Below are positions 15,297 through 30,419 of a stretch of 64,000 bases of DNA, piece after piece. The notes below the pieces were generated by a model. That model worked only from the letters and a program-made list of their open reading frames with translations. It was not told the DNA's origin and did no database searches. This DNA is from Chrysomallon squamiferum (Eukaryota; Animalia; Mollusca): the NCBI GenBank assembly GCA_012295275.1, contig CM022671.1, forward strand, positions 12,524,001-12,588,000, given 5' to 3'. A program made the translations under genes and the position numbers. Each line of letters begins with the position of its first letter. Positions within the stretch are counted from its first letter, which is position 1.

Positions 15297-15862
15297 CGGT
15301 GCCTGGAAAAAAGGTCAGAAGAAAAAAAAGTCAGTTTAGTATAGGAAAAAAGTCACAATGTATGGGCTTTGTAGCGTATTGAATGTGGCATCATAATATG
15401 CATGGGGTAATTCTTAAGCTTATTGATTAGGCTAGATTAAAGAAAGTGGCTTCATATTGGGGCTAGCTTGGGTTTAGCTTACTGATTAGGATATATATAA
15501 ACTAAGGGCTTCCTATTGTAAATGAATTATAAAATGTGATAATAAAATCTGTTATGAGGGGTTCATGTATACCAAAACATGAATCTCGTAAAACAAAGTT
15601 GTGGTGGAAATGCATCAAAAAATCTAGTTGTAATTGTCTAGGTTCAGTGAGGCTTATAGAGAGAACCTTGAGGACCGCAATTTGCAACTGTGGCAGAATT
15701 TCTTCATGGAACATTCACCTAAACCACCAACATTAAAATCAAAGAATATGTGTTTCATCTTTCTTTCATTTCTAATATATTTCTTAATTTAAAAAAAAAA
15801 AAAAAAAAAATGTTACACTTATCCCTGTGACTTTTTTCTGTAACTTTTTTTTACTAGAACCG
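15297..15862. mobile_element. Non-autonomous DNA transposon/MITE with subterminal AAAAAAGTCA repeats
   Basis: Left cggtgcctggaaaaaaggtcagaag...ggaaaaaagtcaca and right tgtgacttttttctgtaacttttttttactagaaccg form imperfect inverted termini CGGT...ACCG. Confidence 0.6.
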
Positions 15863-18800
15863 TAGAGGCTCCCTTTGAGAATGGCTGCTTTAAATTCTAT
15901 TTCTGCGAGTGTCTGTGAGACGGAATATTGAAATTAATAGAAAAAGAACAAAGTAATAGAATAAAGAAAAATAATAATAATAATAATAATGATAATAATA
16001 ATAATAACAATAACAATAATTAAATAAATAAATAAATAAAATAATAAACAATAATAAAAAGCACATTATTTGCTCATATAAATATTTATTTGTATTCCCT
16101 GTTTACTTACTTATATGCTTACTTATTCGCTAGAATATTTATTGTCTGTACGTAAAGCTAAGCATTCAGTGAGATATTTTTGTATTTATTTTGTTTTGAC
16201 GTTACCAAACGCGTGATTAAATAGTCTTAAATGAACACATTGTCTGTACTGACCGAGCTGTACCAGGGGATACGTTTTGGCAGTGGCTCAAGTTACAATT
16301 CTATCTGCACACACTAAAACGCGTTATACATTTGGCATTAGGTACTTATCTTGTTTTGAATATCACTTGTGCTTGATGGCTTATGTTTAAATATGTCGTA
16401 ATCTACATATCACATCGTCTGGTGTGTTCTAACATGTCTGCTTGTAAACATGTTCCGATACTGCCAGAAAAACGTAACAAAGGGTTTTGTAATGGTGATC
16501 ACTAGTTGTAGAAGCAGTGACAATGAATAAGCCTTTAGGAATTCAAACGAATTAAGCAAAACATTTTAACTGAAATGACTATATTAAATATGAAATTTAT
16601 GTTAAAAAAGAAAATTATTATTAATAATAAACAAAAGACGTAGTTGAAATAATAATAATAATAAATTGTTCAATAAAAAATAGAGTTAAGAAATAAATAT
16701 TTCAGATGACAATAGATTGCATATTTTATTTAAGAAAATTTGCGATATGCATTAAATATTAATACACCAATTCATTCAAAATGTTCAGATTTGATTAAGA
16801 ATAAATAAATGATTGAAAAAAAAGGAAATTAATTGCTAGAGATTTTTTTGTTCTTTGTAGGATATATTAATACCTTGATATTAATCTTAAAAACTAGAAG
16901 ACGAAATAAACTCTGATATTTTGTAATACTAACAACAACAACAACAACGACGACGACGACGATGATGATGACGACGGCGATGGTGGTGATGATAATGATG
17001 ATAATAATAAAAGATAAAATAATTGTTTAAAATTTTTTTTGGTAAATAATAAAAAATGAAATACATTACTCTTTCCACATTTGTAAAATACTTCAGATTG
17101 TATAATCAACTACATAAAATACTGTCCTCCTTTTATTTGTTCGTTCTTTTCGCTTGATAGTTTACTTCTCACTGGTTTTCTGCTTGGACTGGTATTATTT
17201 ACTTTAACCAGAAAAGATGAATAGAATCAACGTAGATTCGTGAAAAGATCGAACTGATAAAGTCTCGTACAACAGGATTTCACCGTTGTGTATTAATTAT
17301 TAAACCTGGCATGTATTTAAAATTAAGAAAAGTATATAATAAATCATACTGTTTTTAGATTCCAACTATATCACTAATCAGTGAAAAGTAAAATTTTATA
17401 TATAAGAAATTATTCTGTATTTCTAATTTTTATTTTATGTTTGATAAACGTGTTTTCAATAATTGGTATGATAAAATAATTTTGGCATGTGAAGTAAACA
17501 AAACACATACACGTAATATAAAGAAGAAAAAAATGAGAGAGAAGGTATGAATAATAATCTTGATGTATTTAAACATTCCAATTGTTTAGTAACTTTCATT
17601 TGCCTATTTCGACATTTCTAACCACTTCTGTGTTTAGAAGAAATGTGCTGTTTACCTCACACCAAATCAAAGAGAGGAAGTCGTGATGTGACATGTATTT
17701 TCTTCTCTCTCTCTCCGTGTCGCAGACTCAATCACATGTCCATTTCACAGCGAGCAGTGGCAATCAGTTTACCCAGTAGGAGTTTAGACACAACTCTTGT
17801 CATTTCAAATGTCGGCTAATATCTCTGCGCCGCTATTGCAAAGCGTAACCTCAAATTAATGATTATTTCTGGCGGGAATTTTTATTAAAAGTTCGAAGTA
17901 GAATTCCTTTTCGTTCCTCAGTTTTCAGACTGGCCTTACATTTTTATTTATTTTGTTCACGATTTGGATAAAATTGATTAGCTTGCCACGGGCTAAACAG
18001 TTGTCTGTTTCAGAAATAAAATTAAATATTTAATTAAAATACTGAATTGAAAGATAACTTTTAATTTTATACTGTAATAGTTGTTAATTTAATATACTCC
18101 ATAATCAAGTGTTTGTATGTGCCTATGTAGATTTATGTATGTATGCCTGTATGTCTGTGCATCTGTGTGTGTGTATAAGTTAGGCATTTTTAGTTATCAC
18201 TTAAGTGATATAAAACAGTTAAATATATCAATACCTACAACAACAACAAAAAAAAATCAAACAACAAACAAAACCAAAAAACCTAACAACTAATGAATGA
18301 AAGCAGAACACAAAGATGCATTTTGAAACCAGAACAAGTTTAGAAATATGTCTCCTGGGAGTATTTTTCTCGAAAGAACACCACCACCACAAAGATCAGC
18401 TGAAATAAAAGACAGCTTCGACGTCGTAAAAAAAAAACAATAAAAGAACTCCTATCAGTTTCAGTGTTGAGTGAATTATTAATCAGCCGTGGTCAGTTAC
18501 TTGCAAAAACAAAATGTTTCCAGTACACTTGTATTATTAATGATCCACAATTTGCGTCCCTCCGTGGTTTTTCTCGTGTTATTTAATTGTCGCCATTTTG
18601 TTTTATTTTATTTATTTCTTTGCTTCCTTTTTTGATTCTTTGTTTTGTTATTTCCAAGGTTTTGTTGTTACTGTTGTTTTCTTTTAATCCTCGCTTACTT
18701 TTTTCTTTCTTTAAGTGTTTCTCCATAAAAAAACCACTGAAATATCATTGAAATGTCCATTCACACTTTCACAATCGCACGCATGCTTTTCATACTCACC

Positions 18801-19295
18801 TAAAAACCTCACCATACTCTCCACCCTATATGCACAATACACAGAACACACGCACGCACGCACGCACGCACGCACATACATACACACACACACACAAACA
18901 TAATCATATTCATTCCAATATGCATGCAAATGCACACCGGAACCGGAATCACTATTTACTTCGATGTTATCAAATATGTCAGCTTGAACTGAAGTTATCT
19001 GATATACATACTTTCACTTCAGCCACCCAAAGTGCTTGCCTGGAATTCACTACATAAGTATTATGTGCACTGAATGCAGTTGATGTTGTGGTACTCAAAA
19101 TTTAGTTGGTATATAACGTGATACTAGAATTTCTTTTGTCAGAACTCTGAACCGATTGCATACAGAGTTGAGTGGTAGAGTAACGTTTTTTCTTTAAATC
19201 AGTTTAAATCTTGAGTATATAGCAAAGGCTGATCAATATCGGTTTCATATTAGTAACTCGTACACTTTTATTTATCCTCTTTCTTTCTATCTCTT

Positions 19296-19520
<225 letters not shown>

Positions 19521-22500
19521 CATTATCGCAGTTGCAAAACTCTGGATGGATGTTAGTCACAAAGATAGTGGATTAGATGTACTGTTTGACTCTGTCCTGT
19601 TTTACTGTCTTTTACAGTTACACTCATAATGCTGTTACGTATCTGTTTCCACAGATCAGAAGTTGTTTAGAGCAAGACATAAAAACTGTAACAAATGCTT
19701 CCGAACAGAATGACATACAACATTTAATTTGTTGTTCGTGCTCGATGTCATTAAACATTCATTGGCTAATTATTACGAATCATTCAGCTATCGACTGCAG
19801 GGAAAACAAATGAATTTCTGCTCATTGTGAGCCGTTGGTGTTATCATCTTGTAGTGTTTTATTACTGAGAGGAAAAATACGTGTGTTTGTATATGTGTGT
19901 GTGTGTGTGTCTGTGTGTGTGTCTGTGTGTGTCTGTGACATCCACAAAAGTATACCAAAACATTTATATAAATCTTCAGGCAGATACACATAACATCAGC
20001 AAAAGTAACAAGCCCCCCCCAAAAAAAAAACATTATGTAGAATTAAATTAAAACAAAATAACTTGAAAGTAAAATTCAATATACCAACAAAATATTACAT
20101 AAACTTTTCTTAAAGAAATAGCTTATGATGTTTTGCTGTTGTTGACAATTATCACAATTAAAATATATTTCCTGTTCCAGTTTTTTTTTTCACGGAATTA
20201 TCCTTCCAATGCTATCTGAATATAGGCTGTATCACCACTGTTAAGTTCAACCCAGAGTTCCAAATAACAAGATCAAATCTTTTCAAAATACACACTGCAC
20301 TTTTTCCCACTTTTTTTTTTTATATTATTAGTGGTCCTATATCAATATCGTTTCTGCTGAAGCTACAGTGACTATAGCAGTACTGTTTTTTCGAATGATT
20401 TCACTATTAAAAACCTGCACCTCATATTTAATAATAAAATATCGTTATATGTCGTTAAATATATACTCATTCATTCATCAATACATTGCGCTTTCCTAGA
20501 AGGAAAAAAAAAGATAGTTGTCTGCCTGCAACATTCTATAATCCTGAGACACACACAAAAACACACGCACGCACGCACGTAAACACGTGGTTAACCACAA
20601 TTGCTACAAAAGGCAAGACACAATGTCTTTACTGAGAAACAATTTCTGAAGTATATTGAATGATAACAAAAGGAAAGAAAAAACTGCTCATTAAATGTGT
20701 ATTTTAACTAGTCTCGGTATAAGTTTCGTACCCTGACCGGTAATGATGATTTAATGATGTATCAACACGCATATTTTTTACTCAAAGTACACGCTCAAGC
20801 TAAGCTGGCAAATATCTGACATATTGATAAGCAATTATCAAACGGAGAGATCATGTGAAGATCTATACGACCTGAATAATGTGCGGGCAGTTGACGACGA
20901 CAACGAATTGATAACTTGGTGTTCGACAGACAGTGATAACAGTACAGCTATAGTGGCTTTGATTGATGTCGTTAATAAATGACTAAGAAATGTCATAAAC
21001 TATTTCAGATATCAGATACCCCCATAATAATGACTAATTATGAGGAGCTAATGCTAAAGTTAAAACATTCTGAAATCTCCAGCCTGGACAAGTGTCAGTG
21101 AAACGGTCCGAGTGATACTGACAAATTGTAATATGTTGGGTGTTATTAGCTGTCAGAAATGCGAGTTATTAGCAAACAAAGTGTTAGCCAGAATGTCCCC
21201 TAAATGAAACAAGAAAATCGCTAACGACCGCAGACTAACACCTCCGGGATTGACGGGCTCCCAGGTGAAGAGTTTTTCTTTCGTGTCGAGTATTTTCCTC
21301 CCTACTTGTGTTATAGATTTGATCTTTATTGCGGCCTAATTCTTACCCTAATCGCCGCAGCATTTCTAATACCATGTGCCAATCAAACACAGAGGGCATA
21401 GATCATCCAGTATTGTGCTGTTACCAGGCTATAGGCTCAGACAAAATTGTCTAGAATCGTAAAAATATTGATGTCCTGCGTTTGGCCGAGTTTGTTTAGA
21501 AAAATATGACCATACCAGTATTTTCAAATCTCCTTATGGATTGATTCAGTCAATAAAGATCACATGAACTGACATTTGTAGATTATTGTTATTGGACAAT
21601 CATATAATGAACATCATAGAATGCTCTGGTTAACATACTTGTAACAATTAAACATTTTAATGTGTTTACTTTGTGAATATTTACTCTTTGCTATATGGAG
21701 GAGGTTCCAAATATTATGGTGAACATTGGTAATTTTAACTGCTATTGTCATTTCTAAACAATCCTGCACCTTGTTTCCGAGGGAATATTTGGGTTGTAGA
21801 TTTTTCATTCCCTTTTAATAGTATTTATTCTGACGCATTGTATGAATTCAGTCAAAGCTAGTGAAGTAAGAAATTAAACACACTTTGCAGATGAAACAAA
21901 ATTAATAACAAAAACAATTAAATGGGCTAAATATGAAGAAAAAAAAAAAAAATATATATATATATACGTTATTTTCCCAAATGTTATTACGAAGTACAAA
22001 ACTAGAACTTAAGCTGAAGAAATTAAATCATACATATTGTATTATACTTGATCAGGACTGTTTTGATGTGGTATCTGAAAAACATTTAAGTATTTACTTC
22101 AGAAGAGTTAATAGTGGCGAGGCACGATCTTATTACTGCCAAACAAGCAGACCAATATCGAACTGAGGATCCAGCTTTTTAACGGCAGAACTACATCTGT
22201 CTTTTATTAATTTTAGTGAAGTCTAACTTGAGCAGAATCATTTAGTTCTGACCAATATTTTAAGAGAACTACGCAGTTCAAGTGAGTTCACCAAAGGTAG
22301 CTTAAATCCACTGACAAAATGATCTGTTAATTACGTCTCATATTCCCTCGTGTTTCTTCATGTTTGACAGCTATATTGAGTGTCCGTGAACAGTTGCTGG
22401 TTCTGTCAATTGCAGATTATTTCTTTTTTCTTTAGAGATATTTCAAAATCTCCATGTTATGTAAGTTCTGTCATAAATAAATAGGCCTTGAAAGATATGA

Positions 22501-23149
22501 GTGGGTTAACAAGAATACATAAATGTGATGGAAAAATGTTGTGTACATGAATCTAACATGAACACCACATATTACAGCTTTACTGCGGATTGAGAATTAA
22601 GTGTCTCACCTTTTACAGTAACTGAAAAGAGAAGTAATACAGCGAATACAGTCTAAATCAGATACGTCGAAAATTTACAGACTGTAAGATCAGGAAATAA
22701 TTTAACTATTGTTTCTATACTGCGTTTTTCTTTTGAAGAACATACAGGGAACTATTTTATTTATTACCTTGTAAATAACATAAAGAAATATCTGAAATGA
22801 AAAACAGTTCACGATATTTTTTAAAAACTGATCTGTCACTTACTCGAGTTAGTTTAATTTTAAAACGTTGGCTGTTAATGGTATTTTAAGCATCGTCAGT
22901 TAAGAATTTTTTTTATATATATATATAGATATATCTTGTCATCAATATTGTCTGAGTAACAGTCTTAGTCAGGAGGCGTTCTCGTGTGAATGACCCACCT
23001 ATAGACCAGCAGCTTGCCAATACTGGCAGATAGGTTCTGGTCCAAAGCAAAATACAGAGATGTCAACAATCATGACCAAGCATAGCCTGGAGTGACTTGA
23101 CATTGATTACATTTGATACCGTTCCTGGGTAACTCAATTACCAAAGAAT

Positions 23150-23604
23150 GAATGGGGACGTCGCATTGTAGCCAATGAAAACAAGATGTCAAAGAACGGC
23201 TGACATTTTATATGGACGACCGCGAAAGCCTCCCGGCATGCCCGGTTAAAACGGAAGTAGCTCCCGCCATCTGTAAAATGTGGTGCAGGTGACACTAAAT
23301 GCGTCTGTAACATGCGTTGATACAGCTTGATTATTACTTGTAATCAACGATTTCCCACAGGTGATGTCTAGCTTTGAAGATGTTCCAAGTAAACTCGGCT
23401 GTTCATTTATTTAATAATAAAGATACGTGGAGTTCTCTCCAGACAAATTTGATTGTGCTCCACGTTTCTGAGTGCATGAATCCGCTGTGTCTGAGAAGAA
23501 AATTCTTAATTTTTATTGTTGAATGTGACATTTGTGCAGGTTGTAACGTCAAGTCAGTATTATGACCTGTGAAGAACTTCAGACCTCGAACCTCAAAGTT
23601 AAAG
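23150..23604 (+). promoter_or_regulatory. Candidate alternative promoter / first exon
   Basis: AGCCAATG (CCAAT box) near 23170, CGGAAGT (ETS motif) near 23252, local CpG enrichment and a donor AAG|GTAGGC with GT at 23605. Confidence 0.3.
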
Positions 23605-24454
23605 GTAGGCTACATATGTTATTATTCACTATAAACTACATTAAAAAAAAATTATATATATTGTTCTTAATGACAAAAGGTAACCTAATCAAATTTAATA
23701 GACGATATAGTGATTAGATTCATGTACACAACATTTCAAAGAAGACTCAGAAAAACATATTTTCGTTTTCTGCATGTCATTAGCTCTACTGATTGACGTA
23801 AATGTTTTTTGGTAGTTTTTGTGTTTAGTGTTTAAGCATGTGTATGTATATATGTAGGAATATTTTATTATATTGCTAATTAAACTGCATATTCTTCTGA
23901 TCATTCGGGTTCAGATTGACAAAAGCCTTCAGTTATGATTTTTAAAAAATCATGTTACACAATACTATTTTTTTTTTTAATGACAAGCGGCAAACTAGCT
24001 TCTGTATCCATCTTCCCATAGTTAGGAACACACATACCAGTTATGGGGTATATGATGTAAGGGCTCATCACGAAGGAATATTGTTGCGACCTGTTGTGCC
24101 TCTGTCCTGAATCCTGACAATTCTAGGTACTGAACTCTGTCTCAGCATTTCGTGTTTTCATATTGCAAACTGTAAAGATTATTCTGCTTCACAATTTTTG
24201 TTTCCACCCTGGGTCCGTCTACCTCGACCATGTTTCCAGATTAGCCAGATGTGTCAATCATTCGTATCTTTAGTAAAAGTACACCTACAGTTACTTAAAA
24301 ACTAATCATCAAGCCCGTTTAATTATTTATGAATAATCTGATCCGCATACCGTGGTCATACTTCAGTGTTTTTAAAATATTAATATATGTAACATTTCTG
24401 TAATTAACGTGTGTACTTGGTTACACATAAATATACAAACATACACGGACAAAC

Positions 24455-24541
24455 ACATACACACATACATGCATGCATACATACATACATACATACATAC
24501 ATACATACATACATACATACATACATACATACATACATACA

Positions 24542-24577
<36 letters not shown>

Positions 24578-24612
24578 TATATATACACATACATACATAC
24601 ATATATACATAC
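24455..24612. repeat. (ATAC)n microsatellite
   Basis: Directly visible. Confidence 0.95.
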
Positions 24613-25233
24613 AATATTAAAATAAAGTTGTTTTACAAATTCTTATCATTTGGAATCATTTTCTTTCGTTAATAAATTAATATATTAGTCCGATGAGCAA
24701 ATAACATATTGAACTAACAACAAGCATCTAGATATTTAAACAAAAATCACCTTCTCACAGTAATCACACAAAATATAAAAGAAATTCATTTGAGAAACAG
24801 AAAAAAATACTAATTTTAAATATATTTTTAATACACGACCGTGCTTTTCGTGATAGACTCTCGAGATAATGGGCGTTTTTATTGATGTGGTATACATAAT
24901 TAATATTATATAGCGATATCTTTTGCTAGATTAGTTCATGGCCGAGTTCTATCTGTAGCTGTGTTTAGCAGATAAGATTTTGCTCATGAGAATCTTATTC
25001 CACGCTGGCCGGGACTTTTTAATTAATCATGTACAGTTTGTCGGAAACAGATGAAACTGCGGTTACTGGAATTGAAAACAGGAAGATATTACGACTGGGA
25101 TTACCTGAGCTTTTCACTCGCTTGTTAACTGCAGACACGTTTCTACTATAGTTTTCTTGACATTGAAGAAAAATATGAATTTTAATGTATCGTTGTATAA
25201 ACATATTTAATATATCAATTTTATTACTGAATG

Positions 25234-25383
25234 TTGTGTGATTAAATTCACTTTACGGTGATGTTAGTATGAAAACCTCTCATCTTAATTGCGCAGACAA
25301 TTTTACTGTTCCTCTGCATTAGAGATCAGCGCGCGTAACCAACGACATCATTCGGCACAAGTGGTTGTGAGCGCGCGTTAGCG
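25234..25383 (+). repeat. ~150 bp direct repeat, copy 1
   Basis: ttgtgtgattaaattcactttacggtgatg...gagcgcgcgttag recurs at 26699-26850 with few differences. Confidence 0.9.
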
Positions 25384-25759
25384 TAGAATATATAGATATA
25401 TGTATGATGAATGTCCCTGTGGCACAGCTGTGCAAACGCCTGAACCCATTCTCTCCATCATAACACCCTGATCGTAGCCGTTAGACCTAACAGAACATGT
25501 CTGAGGATCAACGACGTCCCTTCGACGGACAGCGGATTTTTTTGTGAGAACTGGAATTCTCAGAACGGCTTTCAGAAAGCAGAAGAAGGGGGAAAATCCT
25601 TGTCGTTGCACATCCAGCCACTAGTTAATACAGCCAACACTTGTCATATCAGAAACTGTTTGATTTAATGCACCTGGTATACACTGAATTATCTAATAAT
25701 ACGTTCATGTCGTCATTCGAAAATAGTTGTTATGAGTTCTAAACCTTAAGAAGAGTTTA

Positions 25760-26440
25760 ATATGGGATATGGACATAAGATCCCCAGTAGAAAAGCAAGA
25801 TAGAATAAAAGCCACCCCCCAGTGTAAAACAAAGGTAGGACAAAAGTCCCATCATACAAACAGAACAAATTAGAACACAAAGGCTCCTCAGCTTAGAAAA
25901 TTATTTTACAACTGTTTAATATTTTCCCTGATATCAAATTATCAAAACCAAGTAAATCAGCTTTAATATCTGACTAACTAAAAGTAATCCACATAATTAG
26001 GAAAAGAGTGATACAGCATACTTTAGAGTTTTCGTCAATTTTTATTATTATTTTTCAGAAATTATATTCACTTTTAAACCGGCGTAATTCCCAAAATGTA
26101 CTCGGGTTCATGTGACTGTGTGTGTTTTGTTATACATTCTCTCTTAAAACTGTATCCTGCATCTTAATTGTGATTATTGTCTCAATTATTTGATAGCAAT
26201 TGCTTATGTCGATCAAACAAACACTTTAAATTAATATTCATGCCATTATTATGCTGATTTTGATAAAGCTATGTAATAAGTATGCTTCAGTAATGGTTGT
26301 TTACAAACTTCCTTCATTTCTACGAGGGAGGTGTTTTGTCCTTCTATACATTCCATTTGAGGGGCATTTTTCCTACCTTGATTAGTCACTGGTGGGCTTC
26401 TGTCCGCCTATGCATTTTTGTCACTGGGATCATATTTTTT
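25760..26440. mobile_element. Degenerate foldback/MITE element with GGACAAAAGYCCC-type subterminal repeats
   Basis: Left ggacataagatcccc and ggtaggacaaaagtccc are inverted relative to right gttttgtcc, gggcatttttcctacc and gggcttctgtcc. Confidence 0.55.
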
Positions 26441-26698
26441 GCATTCGGTTAATAAAACTGAGTTAAATTATATGAAATAAAATTATTATTTAGGGAAAAT
26501 GAAAATATCAGTACGCATAAGAAATGCAATTACTGTCTAAAAATTAAATATATGAAATGTGAGTAGCAAATAAAATTATTTATTTTGAGACGTGTTGATA
26601 CTGTTCAAACTGAAAAAAAGAATCTCCATGCACTGATACTTTCACCATTAGTCAAATACTGCTCGTTTGTTTTAGACCTAACAGTTTATCATCGAGTA

Positions 26699-26850
26699 TT
26701 GTGTGATTAAATTCACTTTACGGTGATGTTAGTATGAAAACCTCTCATCTTAATTGCGCAGACATTTTTGCTGTTGTCTGCATTGGAGATCAGCGCGCGT
26801 GACCAACGACATTATTCGGCACAAGTCGCTGTGAGCGCGCGCGTTAGTGT
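26699..26850 (+). repeat. ~150 bp direct repeat, copy 2
   Basis: Copy of 25234-25383. Confidence 0.9.
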
Positions 26851-28346
26851 GACTGACAGGTGCAAATTATATCGAACAAAACGGAAGATAAAATGTTGTC
26901 CAGTGAAGCTGTCCCTGAAGCATTCATAAAGGACTTTTTCTGTAAAAATGTCCACCAAGAGAATAATGGTTCCATGAGGCGAAGGTCTCGGCGGATGCTT
27001 GATGTCGTTGTTGATTGGCTAAAACAGATCATGTATGTGACGTCGTGAAGAGTCCTGATCGGTCAAAAGAAGTTAATTTATCATCATCTCATTGCGACAT
27101 ATATCATACAGAAACAGTTCGGCTTGGAGACAGCCGTATAGTTTTAACTGAAAAAAATACGTCGATTTGTAGAGTTATAACTTTTTCAAAACAGAACCAG
27201 AGCACTGAACAAGACATTATTCTTTTCTTAGAAGTGGCTTTAAATTATGTCTGACTTCGTGGTACATTCACCATGTGGTAATTGTGAAAATGATTGTGTG
27301 TGCCTGTACACGTGTGTCTGTGTGCGTGTCCGCGCTCGCTTCAGTCCACCTAGCCAAGTATTAATTAATCTTTATTGATATTAAATTGCCATTGCAGTCA
27401 TGCGCATAAAGCGTTTCTCTCCTACATCAGCGTCCAGGAAATCCTAAAATTCTTAATGCATGTCGGAAACAGAGTGAAAATTACGTTTTCGAACCTCAGG
27501 CTAAGCTAGTGACATAATGATTCGATCTGTTAGCTATCTCACTATGCAATGTTTGGGTGTTGAGTTTTGTATCAAATTGTTTAGACCAAGAAACAAGAAA
27601 ACAATAAATAAGACTATTAATATATAGAAATATTAAATACATTACGTTCGACAGAGAAATTATTAAAATTATTTTGATAGTTTTGCTTTAGTCTGGAAAT
27701 ATATATAATAAATATACAAAGTCAATGTTATTTGTTTTTCTCGTCGATTTAATTAATCATCATTTTTCTCTTTTATCTATACAATAATTGATTAACTTTC
27801 TTTAATGTTTTTCTTCTATTTTCCTTTCTCATATTTTATTTTTCGTCTCCTTTTTTCTTTTATCCATCCGTCCTTTTTTCTTTCTTTTTTTACCCCATTC
27901 ATTCATTTTATCTCTTGTTATTTTTTCTTCATTCCTACCGGCTTTTAGATGAGATATAATTCACTTTATTTGTCTGGCTACGTTCTGGTGATGTCTGCAG
28001 ATTAATTACTCAAAGTGAGGAAGAAAAAAGAGAAGAATAAAATAATTTAACAGTATTTTTTTTAAAATGTCAGTATTTTCTGAAATATAATCAATAGAAT
28101 TAATATCCAACCTTGCAAAACATAAATACGAGGTTTATGTTTCTGACAGCCCTGACTGTAAAGTTGATATACACATTTTTTTCAAATTATTATTATAAAT
28201 GCCAAGATCTGTTCTATTTCATTTAAAAACAAATATCTTGTTGGTGTTACCATTATTCAGAAAGATACAGTTAAACGCTACAGTGCGGCTTAGCTGTTGT
28301 GTTTTCTTAAATGAGTTAATTATATTATTATTATTATTTTAATTAC

Positions 28347-28377
<31 letters not shown>

Positions 28378-29147
28378 TTCTTAACACTAAAATATCTTTA
28401 CCATATTTTGATTCTAGTCTTTCTAAACGATTCGTTATGCTTCGTAAATATTAATATAAAATTGTAATTATAAACTCTGAAAGAAAGAGAATTTGTGGTG
28501 TACAAAAATAGAATTTTGTATTTAGATGTTTGAAATTAAACAGGAAAAACAAATTTGGTGGAAAAAAGATTGTTATACAGAAAATACTCTTTGTTATTCT
28601 ATTTTAATTTAGTGGAATTAAATCAAATTTACAAATTAAATTAAATTTATCTTTTCTTTTTTTCCCTCCTTTTTATTGTACATAATTTTGAAATATATTT
28701 TATTATTTTAAATGTGTTTTCCAATGTGGCTTTTAGAGTGAAGGTTGATTATTTAATTATTTATTTATTGTAAATGTATTTTGTTTCTTTTTTTTTACAG
28801 TCTTTGGGAGTGGGTGTTTGTATTAAATTATTATAATAACAGGAAACAAAATCATAATTGTAGAAAGAGCACAAAAGCTTAACACTTTATTCGGTGTTAT
28901 TTAAAATTATTCTCCGAAATTTTTCATTTCAGTATTTAATGATGTGTTTCAACACTATTTAATAATTAAAAATCAACACTATAATCATTATTAGAATGAT
29001 TGCTTTCAATATCGATGAAACGTTTTTCTTTCATATAGCCAGTTAGATATTTAAATGGGTAGTTCTTGGTGTTAGTCATTTAGAATTACGGAAACAAAAA
29101 AACAAAAAAAGTGATAGAACTATATTGCATTATATTGCATAATGTAT

Positions 29148-29197
29148 GAATGAATGAATGAATGTTTAACGACCCCAGCACGAAAAATATATCGGCC
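29148..29197 (-). mobile_element. Isolated 3' tail of the LINE family found at 54414-55816
   Basis: gaatgaatgaatgaatgtttaacgaccccagcacgaaaaatatatcggc is the reverse complement of a sequence similar to the tail at 55760-55816 (gccaatgtattatttatgctggaatgttgttaagcattcattcatt). Confidence 0.7.
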
Positions 29198-30419
29198 ACA
29201 CACACACATTTCCAATCAACAGGATAGTTTCTGATACTGGAGAAAATATGAAATTTTATTCCATTCTTGTTACAAACAAATTATTGTGACCTGAGTTTCT
29301 TTACAAAAACCGTTTGGGTGGGAGGAATGAAGATCAAGTAAGTTAAATTGTAAGTGAATAGAAGAAGAAAAAGATATCAATAAAGAAAGAAAGAACTTAA
29401 AGCCAGTACAATACGACATTTGTGAAATAAAGGCGTGTTACAAGATACTTTGTATTAAATCACAGATCGCGCAGTATTCAATACCCAGCGTGTCGCTGTA
29501 CTGAAGAGATGCATTACCTAATCAAGCGCATCTTCTACGACAAGTTGCGGATGTTCTAACAGGGGATTTTTGTCGGATGAAGTAAAGTCGTGTGAAGTGA
29601 GATAGCGAGACGTGGTCAATACATACACGTTAACTCCGTGTAGACAGGCGCCTTGGGACTCGTTCTAGTGCGCACTGATAGATTCCCGTCACCTGGGTGT
29701 TGTTCGTTTTCAACGTCGTTTTCTGGGGGGTTCAGGCTTGAGAAGCTGAGTATATCAAGGAATCTCGCTATAGTCGGTAGCACAGTGAGTGAATCTTGAA
29801 ACAAAATGCCCGGGACTGGTCGAAACTCGGAACAGTTACAGAAGACAGCGAGATAATTATATTATCATTGTGTTTTGTAATGTCTAAAATTTTGACTTGC
29901 AAACAATGTAGATTGTAGATTTAGTTGTTTGTTCTTGGATATCAGTACATTTCAATTAATTTTGAATTAACGTCATATAACTTTATAATAGTATTAAACA
30001 ACTGTTATTATCGAAAGACTTAATATTTTCTCTATCATATTCATTAACAGTAGAAAAATATATAAAATTCATCGTTCTCCATTTTCTTGGATAATGCTCA
30101 GTACTGAAATCAAATTGTTTATCCTCAACTAAATACTGAAGGAAATGAATAATAATAAAAAATATATTATCGAATTATTTGGTTGGGACCATTTCCCAAT
30201 CTGAATCGATAAAACTGATGTAAAAGTGCTAGCTAATTCATAAAGTTGCACTAAGGAATAATAATGGAGAATTACAGTCTTTATCATTATAAAAAATAAG
30301 AACAAGCGATTTTGTTCAGTTTCATTCTAATACAAATTCTTCCACAGTTAACAAATATATACTCCTTTTTTTTTAAAAAAAAAATAAAAAAATTGTAAAG
30401 AAAGAAAGAAACGACATTG

